From Myxococcota bacterium (GTDB taxonomy: Bacteria; Myxococcota_A; UBA9160; UBA6930): 64,000 nucleotides of DNA. Under the pieces are notes generated by a model, which had not been told where the DNA came from, made no database searches, and worked only from the letters and a program-made list of their open reading frames with translations. Every line of letters begins with the position of its first letter. Position 1 is the stretch's first letter. Positions 45,753-57,949 of this stretch are shown here, in pieces. Both the position numbers and the translations under genes were made by a program. The stretch covers positions 960,001-1,024,000 of the forward strand of contig OZ245015.1 in assembly GCA_965223705.1 (NCBI GenBank), in the 5' to 3' direction.

Positions 45753-47454
45753 GCAAACGGCCTGTGCAGGAAACCCCGAAGGGGATCTCGACGCGATCAT
45801 AGACGAGATCCTGGCGAGCCCGTCCTGGAGCGATGCCTCCCTCGACCGCATCCAACGACGTCACCCGAAAGATGGCCGCGGCTTCTACAACAAGCGCGAA
45901 ATCTTGGCCCGCTTTCGCACGCGGGGTTCGGACGCGGATGAGGCACGGTTCACCGAGCGACTCCGCACGTGTCCGACGCGCTCGGTCTCGGGCGTCCTGC
46001 CCGTCACCGTCCTCACGAAACCGTTTCCCTGCCCCGGCCGTTGCGTCTTCTGCCCGAGCGACGTGCGGATGCCGAAAAGCTATGTGTCGAACGAACCCGG
46101 CTGCCAACGGGCGGAATCGAACGCGTTCGATCCCTATCTGCAAGCGCTGAGTCGACTCACCGCCTACCGCGACATGGGTCATCCGACCGACAAGGTCGAG
46201 CTCATCGTGCTAGGCGGCACCTGGTCGCACTACCCGAAGTCCTATCGGCGCTGGTTCGTCGGCCGCTTGTTCGATGCGCTGAACGATTTCGGCGACGGCG
46301 CACGCCGAAGCGATTGCGGCGGTCCGCGCAGGCCCGAGGTCGCCGCGGAACCGAGCGCCACCGATGTTCGCGGTCGATACAATCGCTACGTCGCCGCCTC
46401 TCTCTACGAATCGGACGATTTCTCGCCGACCGCGTTCGTAGAAACGACGCATCGCAACGAATCGGCCGCGACGCGGTGTGTCGGTTTGTCGATCGAAACG
46501 CGCCCCGATTGCATCGACCGGGATGAGCTCCGCACGCTCCGAGAGCTCGGCGTGACGAAGGTCCAGCTGGGCATTCAGAGCACGTCCGACGACGTGCTGC
46601 GCAAAAACCAGCGAGGACACGATGTCGCCGCCACGCGCCACGCCATGTGTCTCTTGCGTTCGGCGGGTTTCAAGCTGCACGGGCACTGGATGGCGAACCT
46701 GCTGGGAAGCGATCCCGAAGCGGACGTGGCCGACTTCGAGAAGCTCTTTTTCGACCCGGCGCTTCGCCCGGACGAGCTCAAGGTCTATCCCTGCAGCTTG
46801 CTCGACACCGCCGAGTTGGTTGCGCACCACCGTCGGGGCGATTGGCATCCCTACGACCACGAGACCTTGACGGGTGTTCTCGTGCGCTGCCTCGCCGCCG
46901 TTCCTCGCAGCTGTCGGGTCACGCGGATGATTCGCGATATTCCGTCGACCGACATCTTGGTCGGTAACCGCCGGACGAACCTACGAGAAGACGTCGAGAA
47001 GCGTGCGCGTCGCGAGCGGGTGCCGCTTCGGGAAATCCGCGGACGCGAGATCCGCGGCGACGCGATCGATGCGCGTGCGCTCACCCTCAAGGAGACGCGC
47101 TACACGGCCGGGCGCGGCGACGAGATCTTTCTCGAATGGACGGACGAAGGCGATCGGATCGCCGGGTTTCTCCGCCTTCACTGCCCGCGTGAGGAAGCCC
47201 CTCTCCCCGAGCTCGTCGGTGAGGCGATCATCCGGGAGGTCCACGTCTACGGACAGACGGCGCGCCTCGGCTCCCGAGAAAAACGAGAAGCCCAACACGG
47301 CGGGTTGGGCGCTGCGCTCATCGAACGAGCCGTATCGCTCGCGCGGTCCGCGGGTTACCGGTCGCTGGCGGTGATCTCGGCGGTCGGTACGCGGGGCTAC
47401 TACCGGCGATTGGGATTTGTCGACGGGGAGCTCTACCAACATCGCGCGCTCTAG
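45751..47454 (+). CDS. elp3: Elp3-type radical SAM/KAT tRNA U34 carboxymethyltransferase
   Basis: TRS.SGV.PV, CPGRCVFCP, PKSY...EP, KVELIVLGGT, ETRPD, KVYP, REVHVYG, QHGGLG, VISAVGTR.YY. Confidence 0.92.
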   Translation: MQTACAGNPEGDLDAIIDEILASPSWSDASLDRIQRRHPKDGRGFYNKREILARFRTRGSDADEARFTERLRTCPTRSVSGVLPVTVLTKPFPCPGRCVFCPSDVRMPKSYVSNEPGCQRAESNAFDPYLQALSRLTAYRDMGHPTDKVELIVLGGTWSHYPKSYRRWFVGRLFDALNDFGDGARRSDCGGPRRPEVAAEPSATDVRGRYNRYVAASLYESDDFSPTAFVETTHRNESAATRCVGLSIETRPDCIDRDELRTLRELGVTKVQLGIQSTSDDVLRKNQRGHDVAATRHAMCLLRSAGFKLHGHWMANLLGSDPEADVADFEKLFFDPALRPDELKVYPCSLLDTAELVAHHRRGDWHPYDHETLTGVLVRCLAAVPRSCRVTRMIRDIPSTDILVGNRRTNLREDVEKRARRERVPLREIRGREIRGDAIDARALTLKETRYTAGRGDEIFLEWTDEGDRIAGFLRLHCPREEAPLPELVGEAIIREVHVYGQTARLGSREKREAQHGGLGAALIERAVSLARSAGYRSLAVISAVGTRGYYRRLGFVDGELYQHRAL

Positions 47455-47519
47455 AGGCCCTTTCAGATTTCCCCACACGACAGCTCAGTCGTGGTATACG
47501 CCACCCAGGAGGAAACTGT

Positions 47520-48671
47520 ATGTCTCGCCGCGCAATTCAAGCTCTGGTCCTGGCTGTGTCCTGCCTGTGGGCGACAACGGCCACCGCCCAACTCTCCGTG
47601 ATGACGCGCAATTTGTACCTCGGTGCGGATCTCACGCCAGTCTTCGCGTCGGACGCTGCGACCTTCCCGGCGGAAGCGGCCGCGGCGCTCAATCAGGTCG
47701 CTCAAAACAACTTTCCGAGACGCGCGCGGGCCCTCGCCCGGGAAGTCGCTCGCACGCGACCCCACGTGATCGGTCTCCAAGAAGCCTTCCGATTTAGCGT
47801 CGGTGGTGCGACGCTCGGCGTGCCCTTCGTCGACATGTTGGAGGTGTTCGAACAAGCACTCGCTGCGCGCGGGCTCAACTACGTGCGCGTCGCCGTCGTT
47901 CCGAACATCGATCTCAATATCCCGGCGGCGGCGGTTCCAGGGCTCGGAGGTGATCTCGGGGTACTGGACCGTGACGTCATCCTGGTGCGCGGCGATGTCG
48001 CCGGATCCGCTGAGCCTCTTCCGCCCGGCTCGGGTACGTATGATTGCATTCAGCCGGTGGGAGACGGCTGCCGTCTGACGCCCGGCGTTCCATTGCCGGC
48101 GACCCTGATCCCGTTCTCCGCCGATCCGTTCCTCGGTCGCGGCATCGTGGTGGTCGAGTTGAGCGTCGCGGGCGAACTCTACCGCGTGGCGAACACGCAC
48201 CTCGAGGTGCGGCTACCCGATCCGACCAACCCCGCGTCCGCCGGCGTCCAGAGTTTCCAGGCGCAGGCCGTGGCTATGGCAATGGGTCAGCTCGCCGGGC
48301 CGAATCACGAGACGATTCTCATCGGCGATATCAACTCAGCGCCCGATGACGCACCCATCGAAGCCACCGATCCAATGACCGGTGATCCGATACGGATCAT
48401 TCCGCCGTACCAGATCCTCGCGAGCTCCAACCTTATCGACGCCTGGACCCGGAACTTCCTGATCTTCTTCAACCCGGACGGCGCGACGTGTTGCCAGCAG
48501 CCCGACCTCGCGAACTTCCAGTCCCAGCTCGACGAGCGGATCGATCAGATCTGGGTCCACAATCGGCGGTTCGCCGCGCTGGCGATCGTCACCGGGGAGA
48601 GGCGCCTGTTCGGCGTGCCGCGCTGGTCATCGGACCACGGCGGTGTGTTCGGCCTGCTCTTCTTCCCGTAG
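47520..48671 (+). CDS. secreted endonuclease/exonuclease/phosphatase family protein
   Basis: Signal peptide, TRNL, GLQE, NTHL, GDIN, RID, SDH. Confidence 0.85.
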   Translation: MSRRAIQALVLAVSCLWATTATAQLSVMTRNLYLGADLTPVFASDAATFPAEAAAALNQVAQNNFPRRARALAREVARTRPHVIGLQEAFRFSVGGATLGVPFVDMLEVFEQALAARGLNYVRVAVVPNIDLNIPAAAVPGLGGDLGVLDRDVILVRGDVAGSAEPLPPGSGTYDCIQPVGDGCRLTPGVPLPATLIPFSADPFLGRGIVVVELSVAGELYRVANTHLEVRLPDPTNPASAGVQSFQAQAVAMAMGQLAGPNHETILIGDINSAPDDAPIEATDPMTGDPIRIIPPYQILASSNLIDAWTRNFLIFFNPDGATCCQQPDLANFQSQLDERIDQIWVHNRRFAALAIVTGERRLFGVPRWSSDHGGVFGLLFFP

Positions 48672-48681
48672 GCCCCGCACG

Positions 48682-48740
48682 GCCCTGGGCCGCCGCCGTT
48701 TCTCGCTAGATCGAGAAGGGGGGGTGGCGGCGGCCCGGGC
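48682..48740. terminator. hairpin between convergent genes
   Basis: GGGCCGCCGCC..TTCTCG-loop-CGAGAA..GGCGGCGGCCC. Confidence 0.55.
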
Positions 48741-48761
48741 ACTGCCGGGCGAGCGCGACGG

Positions 48762-51353
48762 TCAGTCGCGCCGGCGGAACTCCAGAGCGTCGCCCGAGAC
48801 GCGCGCGTCGACCAGAACCTTCGCGCCTTCCGGGAACTCGCCCTCGAGGATCTTCATGGCCAGCGGGTCCTGCACCAGGCGCTGGATGACGCGCTTCAGC
48901 GGGCGCGCACCGTACGCGGGGTCGTAACCCTTCTCGGCGAGGAGGGTCTTCGCCTCGTCCGTGAGCTCGATGTCGATTCGGCGATCCGCCAACAGCTTGC
49001 GAACGCGCTCGATCTGCAGATCGACGATGTGGTCGATGTGCTCCCGAGCGAGCTGGTGGAAGATGATCGTGTCGTCGATTCGGTTCAGGAATTCGGGCTT
49101 GAAGTGCGCGCGTAACGCTTCGGTGACACGCGTCTCCATGAGCGCGTGGTCCTGTTCGCCGAGGCTCGTGATGTGTTCGCTCCCGATGTTCGATGTCATG
49201 ATGAGTACAGCGTTCCGGAAGTCGACCGTGCGCCCTTGACCGTCGGTGAGTCGGCCGTCGTCCAGGATCTGGAGGAGGGCGTTGAAGACGTCGGGATGCG
49301 CTTTCTCGATTTCGTCGAAGAGCACCACGCTGTAGGGTCGGCGGCGAACGGCTTCGGTCAGGTAGCCGCCTTCTTCGTAACCGACGTATCCCGGGGGCGC
49401 TCCGATGAGGCGCGACACCGAGTGCTTCTCCATGAACTCACTCATGTCGATGCGCACCATGGCGTGCTCGTCGTCGAAGAGGAACTCCGCCAACGTGCGC
49501 GCCGTCTCGGTCTTCCCGACGCCGGTCGGGCCCAAGAAGATGAACGAACCGATCGGTCGGTTCGGATCCTGCAGGCCCGCCCGGGCGCGGCGCACGGCGT
49601 TCGACACCGCGGTGAGCGCTTCTTCCTGGCCGACCACGCGACTGCCGAGGACGTCCTCCATGCGGAGGAGCTTCTCCTGCTCACCTTCGAGCATCTTCGA
49701 GACCGGGATGCCCGTCCACTTCGAGACGATCTCGGCGACTTCTTCCGCCGTGACTTCCTCGGAAAGGAGTGAGCCTTCCTTCTGGAGGCTGTCGAGCTTC
49801 TCCTGCTCGGCCGCGAGGTCCTTCTCGAGCTCGACCAATAGGCCGTACTGAATTTCGGCGGCGCGTTCGAGCTGACCCTGGCGCTGGGTGCGCTCGAGCT
49901 CCGCAGTCAGCGCTTCGCGGCGTTCCTTGAGCTCGCGCACGTGGGCGATCGTGTCTTTCTCGTGGCTCCAACGCGCGGAAAGCGCGGCGCCGGAATCGTT
50001 GAGATCCGCGATCTCGGCACTCACGCGCTCGAGGCGTTCGCGGCTCGCGTCGTCGCTCTCTTTCTTGAGCGCCTCGCGCTCGATCTCGAGCTGGGTGCGC
50101 TTGCGCTCGAGGGCGTCGAGCTCTTCGGGCATCGAGTCGATCTGGACGCGCACGCGACTCGCGGCCTCATCGACCAGGTCGATGGCCTTGTCGGGCAAGA
50201 ACCGGTCGGTGATGTAGCGGTTGGACAGGGTCGCCGCGGAGACGAGCGCAGCGTCCTGGATCCGCACACCGTGGTGCACTTCGTAGCGCTCCTTCAGGCC
50301 GCGCAAGATCGAGATCGTGTCTTCCAAGCTGGGCTCGCCCACGAAAACCGGCTGGAACCGGCGTTCGAGCGCCGCGTCCTTTTCGACGTGCTTGCGGTAT
50401 TCGTCCAAGGTCGTCGCCCCGACGCAGCGAAGCTCGCCGCGCGCGAGCGCGGGCTTGAGCAGGTTGGCCGCGTCGGCCGCGCCTTCCGCGGCTCCGGCAC
50501 CGACGATCGTGTGCAGCTCGTCGATAAAGAGAATGACTTCACCGTTGGCTTCCGTGACTTCTCGGAGGACCGCCTTCAAGCGGTCTTCGAACTCGCCGCG
50601 GTACTTGGCACCGGCGATGAGGGCGCCGACGTCCAAGGTGATGACGCGGCGGTCGGCGAGCGATTCCGGCACGTCGCCGGCGACGACCCGCTGCGCCAAG
50701 CCCTCGGCGATGGCTGTCTTACCGACGCCCGGCTCCCCGATCAATACCGGGTTGTTCTTCGTCCGCCGCGAAAGCACCTGGACGACGCGCCGGATCTCTT
50801 CGTCGCGGCCGATGACCGGGTCGAGCTTTCCGTCGCGCGCAGCTTCCGTGAGATCGCGACCGAATTTCGATAGCGCTTGGTACTTGCTCTCCGGATCCTG
50901 ATCCGTGACACGGGCGGAACCGCGCACGGAGGCGAGCGCCTTCTCGATCGCTTCGTGGGTCGCACCTTGATCGATGAGGAGACGCGCGGTCGCTTCCGAC
51001 GGGTTCTTGACCAAGCCGAGCAGCAAGTGCTCCGTCGATGTGTATTCGTCCCCGCGCTCGCTGGCGTCGGTCTCGGCCGCTTCGAGGGCGTTCGCGAGAT
51101 CCGGCGAGAGCGTGGGTTGTGAGCCGCCCGACACTTTCGGGAGTGCCGTCAGCAGTTCTTCGGCGTTCGCCTGGAGCGGAGGCAGGGCGACCCCGATTTT
51201 TTGCAGGATCGGGATCGTGCTGCCCTCGGGCTGGGCGAGAAGCGCTTGCAGCAGATGGGCGGGCGTAATTTGGCTGTGGCCGCGCGCAGTCGCGAGCGAC
51301 TGCGCTTCGGAAAGAGCTTCTTGGCTTTTAATCGTGAGCTTGTCGAATCGCAT
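48762..51353 (-). CDS. clpB: ATP-dependent chaperone ClpB
   Basis: Two AAA+ domains ([16 protein letters not shown]) and a coiled-coil M domain, 863 aa. Confidence 0.97.
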   Translation of the reverse strand: MRFDKLTIKSQEALSEAQSLATARGHSQITPAHLLQALLAQPEGSTIPILQKIGVALPPLQANAEELLTALPKVSGGSQPTLSPDLANALEAAETDASERGDEYTSTEHLLLGLVKNPSEATARLLIDQGATHEAIEKALASVRGSARVTDQDPESKYQALSKFGRDLTEAARDGKLDPVIGRDEEIRRVVQVLSRRTKNNPVLIGEPGVGKTAIAEGLAQRVVAGDVPESLADRRVITLDVGALIAGAKYRGEFEDRLKAVLREVTEANGEVILFIDELHTIVGAGAAEGAADAANLLKPALARGELRCVGATTLDEYRKHVEKDAALERRFQPVFVGEPSLEDTISILRGLKERYEVHHGVRIQDAALVSAATLSNRYITDRFLPDKAIDLVDEAASRVRVQIDSMPEELDALERKRTQLEIEREALKKESDDASRERLERVSAEIADLNDSGAALSARWSHEKDTIAHVRELKERREALTAELERTQRQGQLERAAEIQYGLLVELEKDLAAEQEKLDSLQKEGSLLSEEVTAEEVAEIVSKWTGIPVSKMLEGEQEKLLRMEDVLGSRVVGQEEALTAVSNAVRRARAGLQDPNRPIGSFIFLGPTGVGKTETARTLAEFLFDDEHAMVRIDMSEFMEKHSVSRLIGAPPGYVGYEEGGYLTEAVRRRPYSVVLFDEIEKAHPDVFNALLQILDDGRLTDGQGRTVDFRNAVLIMTSNIGSEHITSLGEQDHALMETRVTEALRAHFKPEFLNRIDDTIIFHQLAREHIDHIVDLQIERVRKLLADRRIDIELTDEAKTLLAEKGYDPAYGARPLKRVIQRLVQDPLAMKILEGEFPEGAKVLVDARVSGDALEFRRRD

Positions 51354-51420
51354 GCCAGGAACCTATGCACCGAAGGACGCATGGCAAGCGACGTTGCGCG
51401 GGGGCCCCAAGGGGTTTGCG

Positions 51421-52842
51421 CTAGAGCTGCGTTTCGATCTCGGGTTCGATCTCACAGTCGCGGATCTTGCTCAGCAACGTCTTGTAACTGACCTCGAGAA
51501 GCTCGGCCGCGCGTCGTCGGTTCCAATCCGTTTGGTAGAGCGCGCGTTGAATGGCTTCGCGTTCGGCGGCGAGTGCCGCGCGGCGGCCGACTTCCTTGAG
51601 CGGCACCTCACCCGCGGTGGCTTCGAGCTCTTCGAGAACGCGGTCGAGCTCGCTGATACCGCCGCCCGACGGACGGCTCGCCCGGGCCAGGAGATCCTGG
51701 ATCACGCTTTCTTCGCTCTCCAACACGACGATTCGCTTGATCAGGTTCTCGAGTTCTCGAACGTTGCCGGGGAAGGGGTGACGATCGAAGAGCGATACGA
51801 GCTGCTTCGAAAGCTCGCGCCGTGGCTTGTCGTAGCGCGCTGAGAAGCGCGCGAGAAACACGTCGACGAGGCTGTCGATCTCATCGCGTCGCTCGCGGAG
51901 CGGCGGAATGCGGACATTGACCACGTTGAGGCGGAAGAAGAGATCTTCCCGGAACGTTCCCTCGCGCACCATGTCTTCCAGTTGGCGATGGGTCGCCGTC
52001 ACGACGCGCGCTTCCGCCGCGAGCTCCTCATTGCCGCCCAGGTGCGAGAAGGTCCCGTCCTGCAACACGTGAAGGAGCTTCGCCTGAAGGGCGGCGCTCA
52101 TCTCCCCGATCTCGTCGAGGAAAATCGTCCCGCGTCCCGCCTGTTCGAACTTCCCCGGCTTGCGCCGCACCGCTCCGGTGAACGCGCCCGCTTCGTAGCC
52201 GAACAACTCGCTTTCGAGGAGTTCGCCCGGGAGCGCCGCGCAGTTCACCTTGACGAAGGGCTGGTCGCGCCGCGGCGAAATCGCATGCAGTTCGCGGGCG
52301 ACGACTTCCTTGCCCGTGCCGCTCTCACCTTGGATCAACACCGTGACGTCGGTCGACGCAATTTGCTCGAGGAGCCCGCGGATCTGCGAGAGCGCCGGAC
52401 TCTCCCAGAAGGGTTCGTCCGACGGCGGTGCGATGTCGTCCTCGGGACGGCGCGTGAGATCGCCGAGCAAGCGCTCGAGGTGGCCGGGCGGAGCGGGTTT
52501 CTCGACGTAGTCGGTCGCCCCGAGGCGGAGTGCGTCGACCACGGTTCGCGGTTCGCTCACCGAAGAGAGCATGACCACCGGAACATCCTCGTCGAGCTGG
52601 CGGATTTTTTCGAGGGTCGTCAGGCCGTCGTCCCCGGGCATGATGACATCGAGCACGATCGCGTCGGGAGCCGCGCCGGACTCGAGGAGCGTCACCGCGC
52701 GACGCCCGTCTTCGGCGGTGTCGACGTCGAAGTCGGCGGCCTCCAGCGCGTCCGCCAGGAGGGTCCGGAGGCCGTCCGAATCGTCGACCACCATGATGCG
52801 CGGCCGCGCCGGGCTTTCGGAGACGGTGCGGGGTTTTCTCAT
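51421..52842 (-). CDS. sigma54-dependent response regulator (NtrC/AtoC family)
   Basis: REC domain, GESGTGKE, GAFTGA, C-terminal HTH. Confidence 0.93.
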   Translation of the reverse strand: MRKPRTVSESPARPRIMVVDDSDGLRTLLADALEAADFDVDTAEDGRRAVTLLESGAAPDAIVLDVIMPGDDGLTTLEKIRQLDEDVPVVMLSSVSEPRTVVDALRLGATDYVEKPAPPGHLERLLGDLTRRPEDDIAPPSDEPFWESPALSQIRGLLEQIASTDVTVLIQGESGTGKEVVARELHAISPRRDQPFVKVNCAALPGELLESELFGYEAGAFTGAVRRKPGKFEQAGRGTIFLDEIGEMSAALQAKLLHVLQDGTFSHLGGNEELAAEARVVTATHRQLEDMVREGTFREDLFFRLNVVNVRIPPLRERRDEIDSLVDVFLARFSARYDKPRRELSKQLVSLFDRHPFPGNVRELENLIKRIVVLESEESVIQDLLARASRPSGGGISELDRVLEELEATAGEVPLKEVGRRAALAAEREAIQRALYQTDWNRRRAAELLEVSYKTLLSKIRDCEIEPEIETQL

Positions 52843-52859
52843 CTCCCCCTATGTATCGC

Positions 52860-54966
<2,107 letters not shown>

Positions 54967-54967
54967 G

Positions 54968-56506
54968 CTAGCTCTCGCGCTTCACGGCGACGAAGACCTC
55001 GGCCTCTCCACGTCGGACGAGGAGCAGCGCGCCTTTCTCGGCACCTTTGACGGCCTTCTCGAAAGCGTTCGCGTCGGAAACCGGCTTCTGGTTCACCTCG
55101 AGGATGACATCGCCGCGGCGAAGCCCGGCTTCGGAAGCCGCGCTGTCCTCTTCGATGTCGGTGATCAGCACACCGTCCGGCTCGTCGAGGCCGAGTTGCT
55201 CCGCGGTCCGGGAATCGAGGTCTTTCACGACGACGCCGAAGGCGCCTCGCTCGTCTGCCTCGGCACTTGCGAGCACGACGTCATCGTCGCGATCGAGCTC
55301 GCCGAGCTGCACCTTGAGCGACTTCTTCTTGCCCTTGCGAAGCACCTTCACGTCGACGCCGCTTCCGACGGGCGTTCGCGCGACCACCCGCGGCAGGGTC
55401 GACATCTTGTCGATGTCTTCGCCGTTGAACGAAACGATGACGTCACCGCGTCGGATCCCCGCCTTGTCGGCGGGCCCGCCGGGCTCGACCTTGGACACGA
55501 GGGCTCCCACTTCTTCGTCGAGGTCCATGAGCTCGGCCGTCGTCTCGTCGATCTCCTGGATGTAGACGCCGAGCCAACCGCGTGAAACGCGGCCCGCGGT
55601 GCGCAGCTGGGGCAGGATGTCTTTGGCAATGTTCACCGGCACCGCGAACCCGATGGTGTTCGCACGCGGGTTGATCGCCGTGTTGATCCCGATCACCTCG
55701 CCGGCGAGGTTGAGCAGCGGCCCGCCGGAATTGCCGGGGTTGATCGCCGCGTCGGTCTGGATGAAGTCGTCGAAACGGCGCGCTTCCGGATCCGGGTTGA
55801 TGACCCGGCTCTTCGCCGAGACGATGCCCGCCGTGACGGTATGCCCCAGACCAAAGGGGTTGCCGATGGCGACGACCCAGTCGCCCGGATCGACGTCGTC
55901 CGAGTCGCCGAGCGCGAGAGACGGAAGCGGGCGGTCGGGTTCGACCTTGATCAACGCGATATCGGTCTTGGGGTCGCGGCCGATGACTTTCGCTTCGAGG
56001 GATTTTTCGCCTTCGAAGAAGAGCACTTCGATTTTGTCGACGTCTTCGACGACGTGGTTGTTCGTGACGATATAGCCGTCTTCGGAGATCACGAAGCCGG
56101 TGCCCAAGCTCGGCACGTTTCGCTCACCGCCGAACATGTCGGGGAACGGGCCGCCGAAGAATTCTTCGAGCGGATGTCGCGGGCGGCCGCGATCGCCGCC
56201 TCGCCGTCGGTTGACGAGCTTCTTCGACGTTTGGATGTTGACCACGGCGGGGGACGTCGCTTCCGCCAAGTTCGCGAAACTCGCCGGAGCGCCGCGGGGC
56301 GGGCTGTAGACCGTCTCCCCCTCGCCGTCCTTCCAGAACGCCTCGTTGTCGGCGGTCTTCGTTTCACTCTTGCCAAACAGGTCGATGGCTTCCGCAGTGG
56401 GCGCTTCGACCGAAAAATCGATGTTTACGACGCCAGAAGCGAGCAGTAGTGCGCCGATCGCGGCGGCCATGACGACCACTCGAAGCGAGCGAAGGGAGTT
56501 ACTCAA
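54968..56506 (-). CDS. DegP/DegQ (Do) serine endoprotease
   Basis: TNNHV, TDAAINPGNSGG, two PDZ; TTG after AAGGAG. Confidence 0.92.
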   Translation of the reverse strand: MSNSLRSLRVVVMAAAIGALLLASGVVNIDFSVEAPTAEAIDLFGKSETKTADNEAFWKDGEGETVYSPPRGAPASFANLAEATSPAVVNIQTSKKLVNRRRGGDRGRPRHPLEEFFGGPFPDMFGGERNVPSLGTGFVISEDGYIVTNNHVVEDVDKIEVLFFEGEKSLEAKVIGRDPKTDIALIKVEPDRPLPSLALGDSDDVDPGDWVVAIGNPFGLGHTVTAGIVSAKSRVINPDPEARRFDDFIQTDAAINPGNSGGPLLNLAGEVIGINTAINPRANTIGFAVPVNIAKDILPQLRTAGRVSRGWLGVYIQEIDETTAELMDLDEEVGALVSKVEPGGPADKAGIRRGDVIVSFNGEDIDKMSTLPRVVARTPVGSGVDVKVLRKGKKKSLKVQLGELDRDDDVVLASAEADERGAFGVVVKDLDSRTAEQLGLDEPDGVLITDIEEDSAASEAGLRRGDVILEVNQKPVSDANAFEKAVKGAEKGALLLVRRGEAEVFVAVKRES

Positions 56507-56591
56507 GGTAGGTTCTCCTTGTCTGGGACTCAGCCCTGGGAGTTCAGTCGCCGATTGAGACGCCCCGGGCGGGACGTGAGTTCCCCAGGAA

Positions 56592-57932
56592 TCAGCCCAG
56601 AGGGACTCGCAAATGGTACCGGCCGCGTCCCCGCCGGACCACGAGGAGCGCGCCATCGCGGCCGCGCAGCCCCAATATGGCCCGGCGCAACGCTTCATCG
56701 TCCGAAAGCCCCTGACCGTTGATCCCCAAAACGAGGTCGCCGGGTTCGAGACCGGTTCGGGCCGCTCCACTTCCGCGTACGACCCGCACCACCGCGAACC
56801 CGCCCTGCGGGTTCGGTTCGAGTTCCATGCCGAGGCGCTGCACGCCCATGGCGTCGATCTCGTCGGCGCTGATCTCGCGTGCCGTCACCGGCACCTCGCG
56901 GGAGACGCCGTTCGCGGCGACGGTGAGCGAGACCCGTTGCCCCGCCGTGACGCGAACGAGCAGATCGTAGAATTCGCGGGAGGAGGAGACCGGAACACCG
57001 TCAAACGCGGTGATGAGCTCTCCGCGGCTGAGCGCCGCCTCCGCCGCGCTACTGCCTTCGTGCACCCGGGAGATCAAAGCGCCGCGCGCTCCCGGCCCGA
57101 GCTCCATCACTTCTTGCATCGTGGCGTCGACGTCTTGAAGCTCGAGACCGAGCCACACCGGTGCGATCGCACCCCGCGTGATCAACTCGTCGACGATTCG
57201 GCGCGCCGCGTCGATCGGAATCGCGAAGCCGATTCCCTGGGCGTTGCCGTAAATCGCGGTGTTGATCCCGATGAGCTCGCCTTCGGCGTTGAGCAGGGGC
57301 CCGCCGGAATTTCCGGGGTTGATCGAAGCGTCGGTCTGCAGGAACCCGTGATAGACGCGGCCTTCCGCGCGGATCGAGCGGTCGACCGCGGACAACACGC
57401 CGGTCGTCACCGTGTTCGAGAGCCCGAACGGATTGCCGATGGCGATCACCGGCTCGCCGACCAGGACATCGTCCGAGGATCCGGGAGGCGTCCAGGGAAC
57501 CGGCTCGTCGGTCTCGAGCCGCAGGACGGCGAGGTCGTTGTTCGGGTCGGCACCCACCAAGGTCGCTTCGAATTCGCGCCCATCGCCGATCGTCACCCGA
57601 ATGCTCTCCGCCCGCGCGACGACGTGCTCGTTCGTCACCACGTGGAGTTCATCATCGATGACCACGCCGGAGCCCAGGCTCGTGCGCCGCTGCTGTTGTT
57701 GCGGAAAGAAATCGCGGAAAAAGCGGTCGAAGGTCGGGTTGTTGAAGGGCCCGCGGAACGGTCGGTTCGGCTGCACGAGCGACGTGGTGATGTTGACGAC
57801 GGACGGGCCGACCTTCTCCACGACGCGCACCGTGGCGGTGCGCCGCAGGAAGGGATCGTCGGCGCGCGCGTCACAGGCGAGCAGGGCGACCCAGACGAAG
57901 AGGGCGAGGACAGCGAGCAGCGAGACCTTCAT
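56592..57932 (-). CDS. HtrA-family serine protease with PDZ domains
   Basis: Signal peptide, TNEHV, TDASINPGNSGG. Confidence 0.92.
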   Translation of the reverse strand: MKVSLLAVLALFVWVALLACDARADDPFLRRTATVRVVEKVGPSVVNITTSLVQPNRPFRGPFNNPTFDRFFRDFFPQQQQRRTSLGSGVVIDDELHVVTNEHVVARAESIRVTIGDGREFEATLVGADPNNDLAVLRLETDEPVPWTPPGSSDDVLVGEPVIAIGNPFGLSNTVTTGVLSAVDRSIRAEGRVYHGFLQTDASINPGNSGGPLLNAEGELIGINTAIYGNAQGIGFAIPIDAARRIVDELITRGAIAPVWLGLELQDVDATMQEVMELGPGARGALISRVHEGSSAAEAALSRGELITAFDGVPVSSSREFYDLLVRVTAGQRVSLTVAANGVSREVPVTAREISADEIDAMGVQRLGMELEPNPQGGFAVVRVVRGSGAARTGLEPGDLVLGINGQGLSDDEALRRAILGLRGRDGALLVVRRGRGRYHLRVPLG

Positions 57933-57949
57933 TGCGCGGAACTTAACAA

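Noticed and set aside
51354..51420. CIRCE or sigma32 site before clpB
   Set aside because: No TTAGCACTC inverted repeat; only a weak sigma32 resemblance
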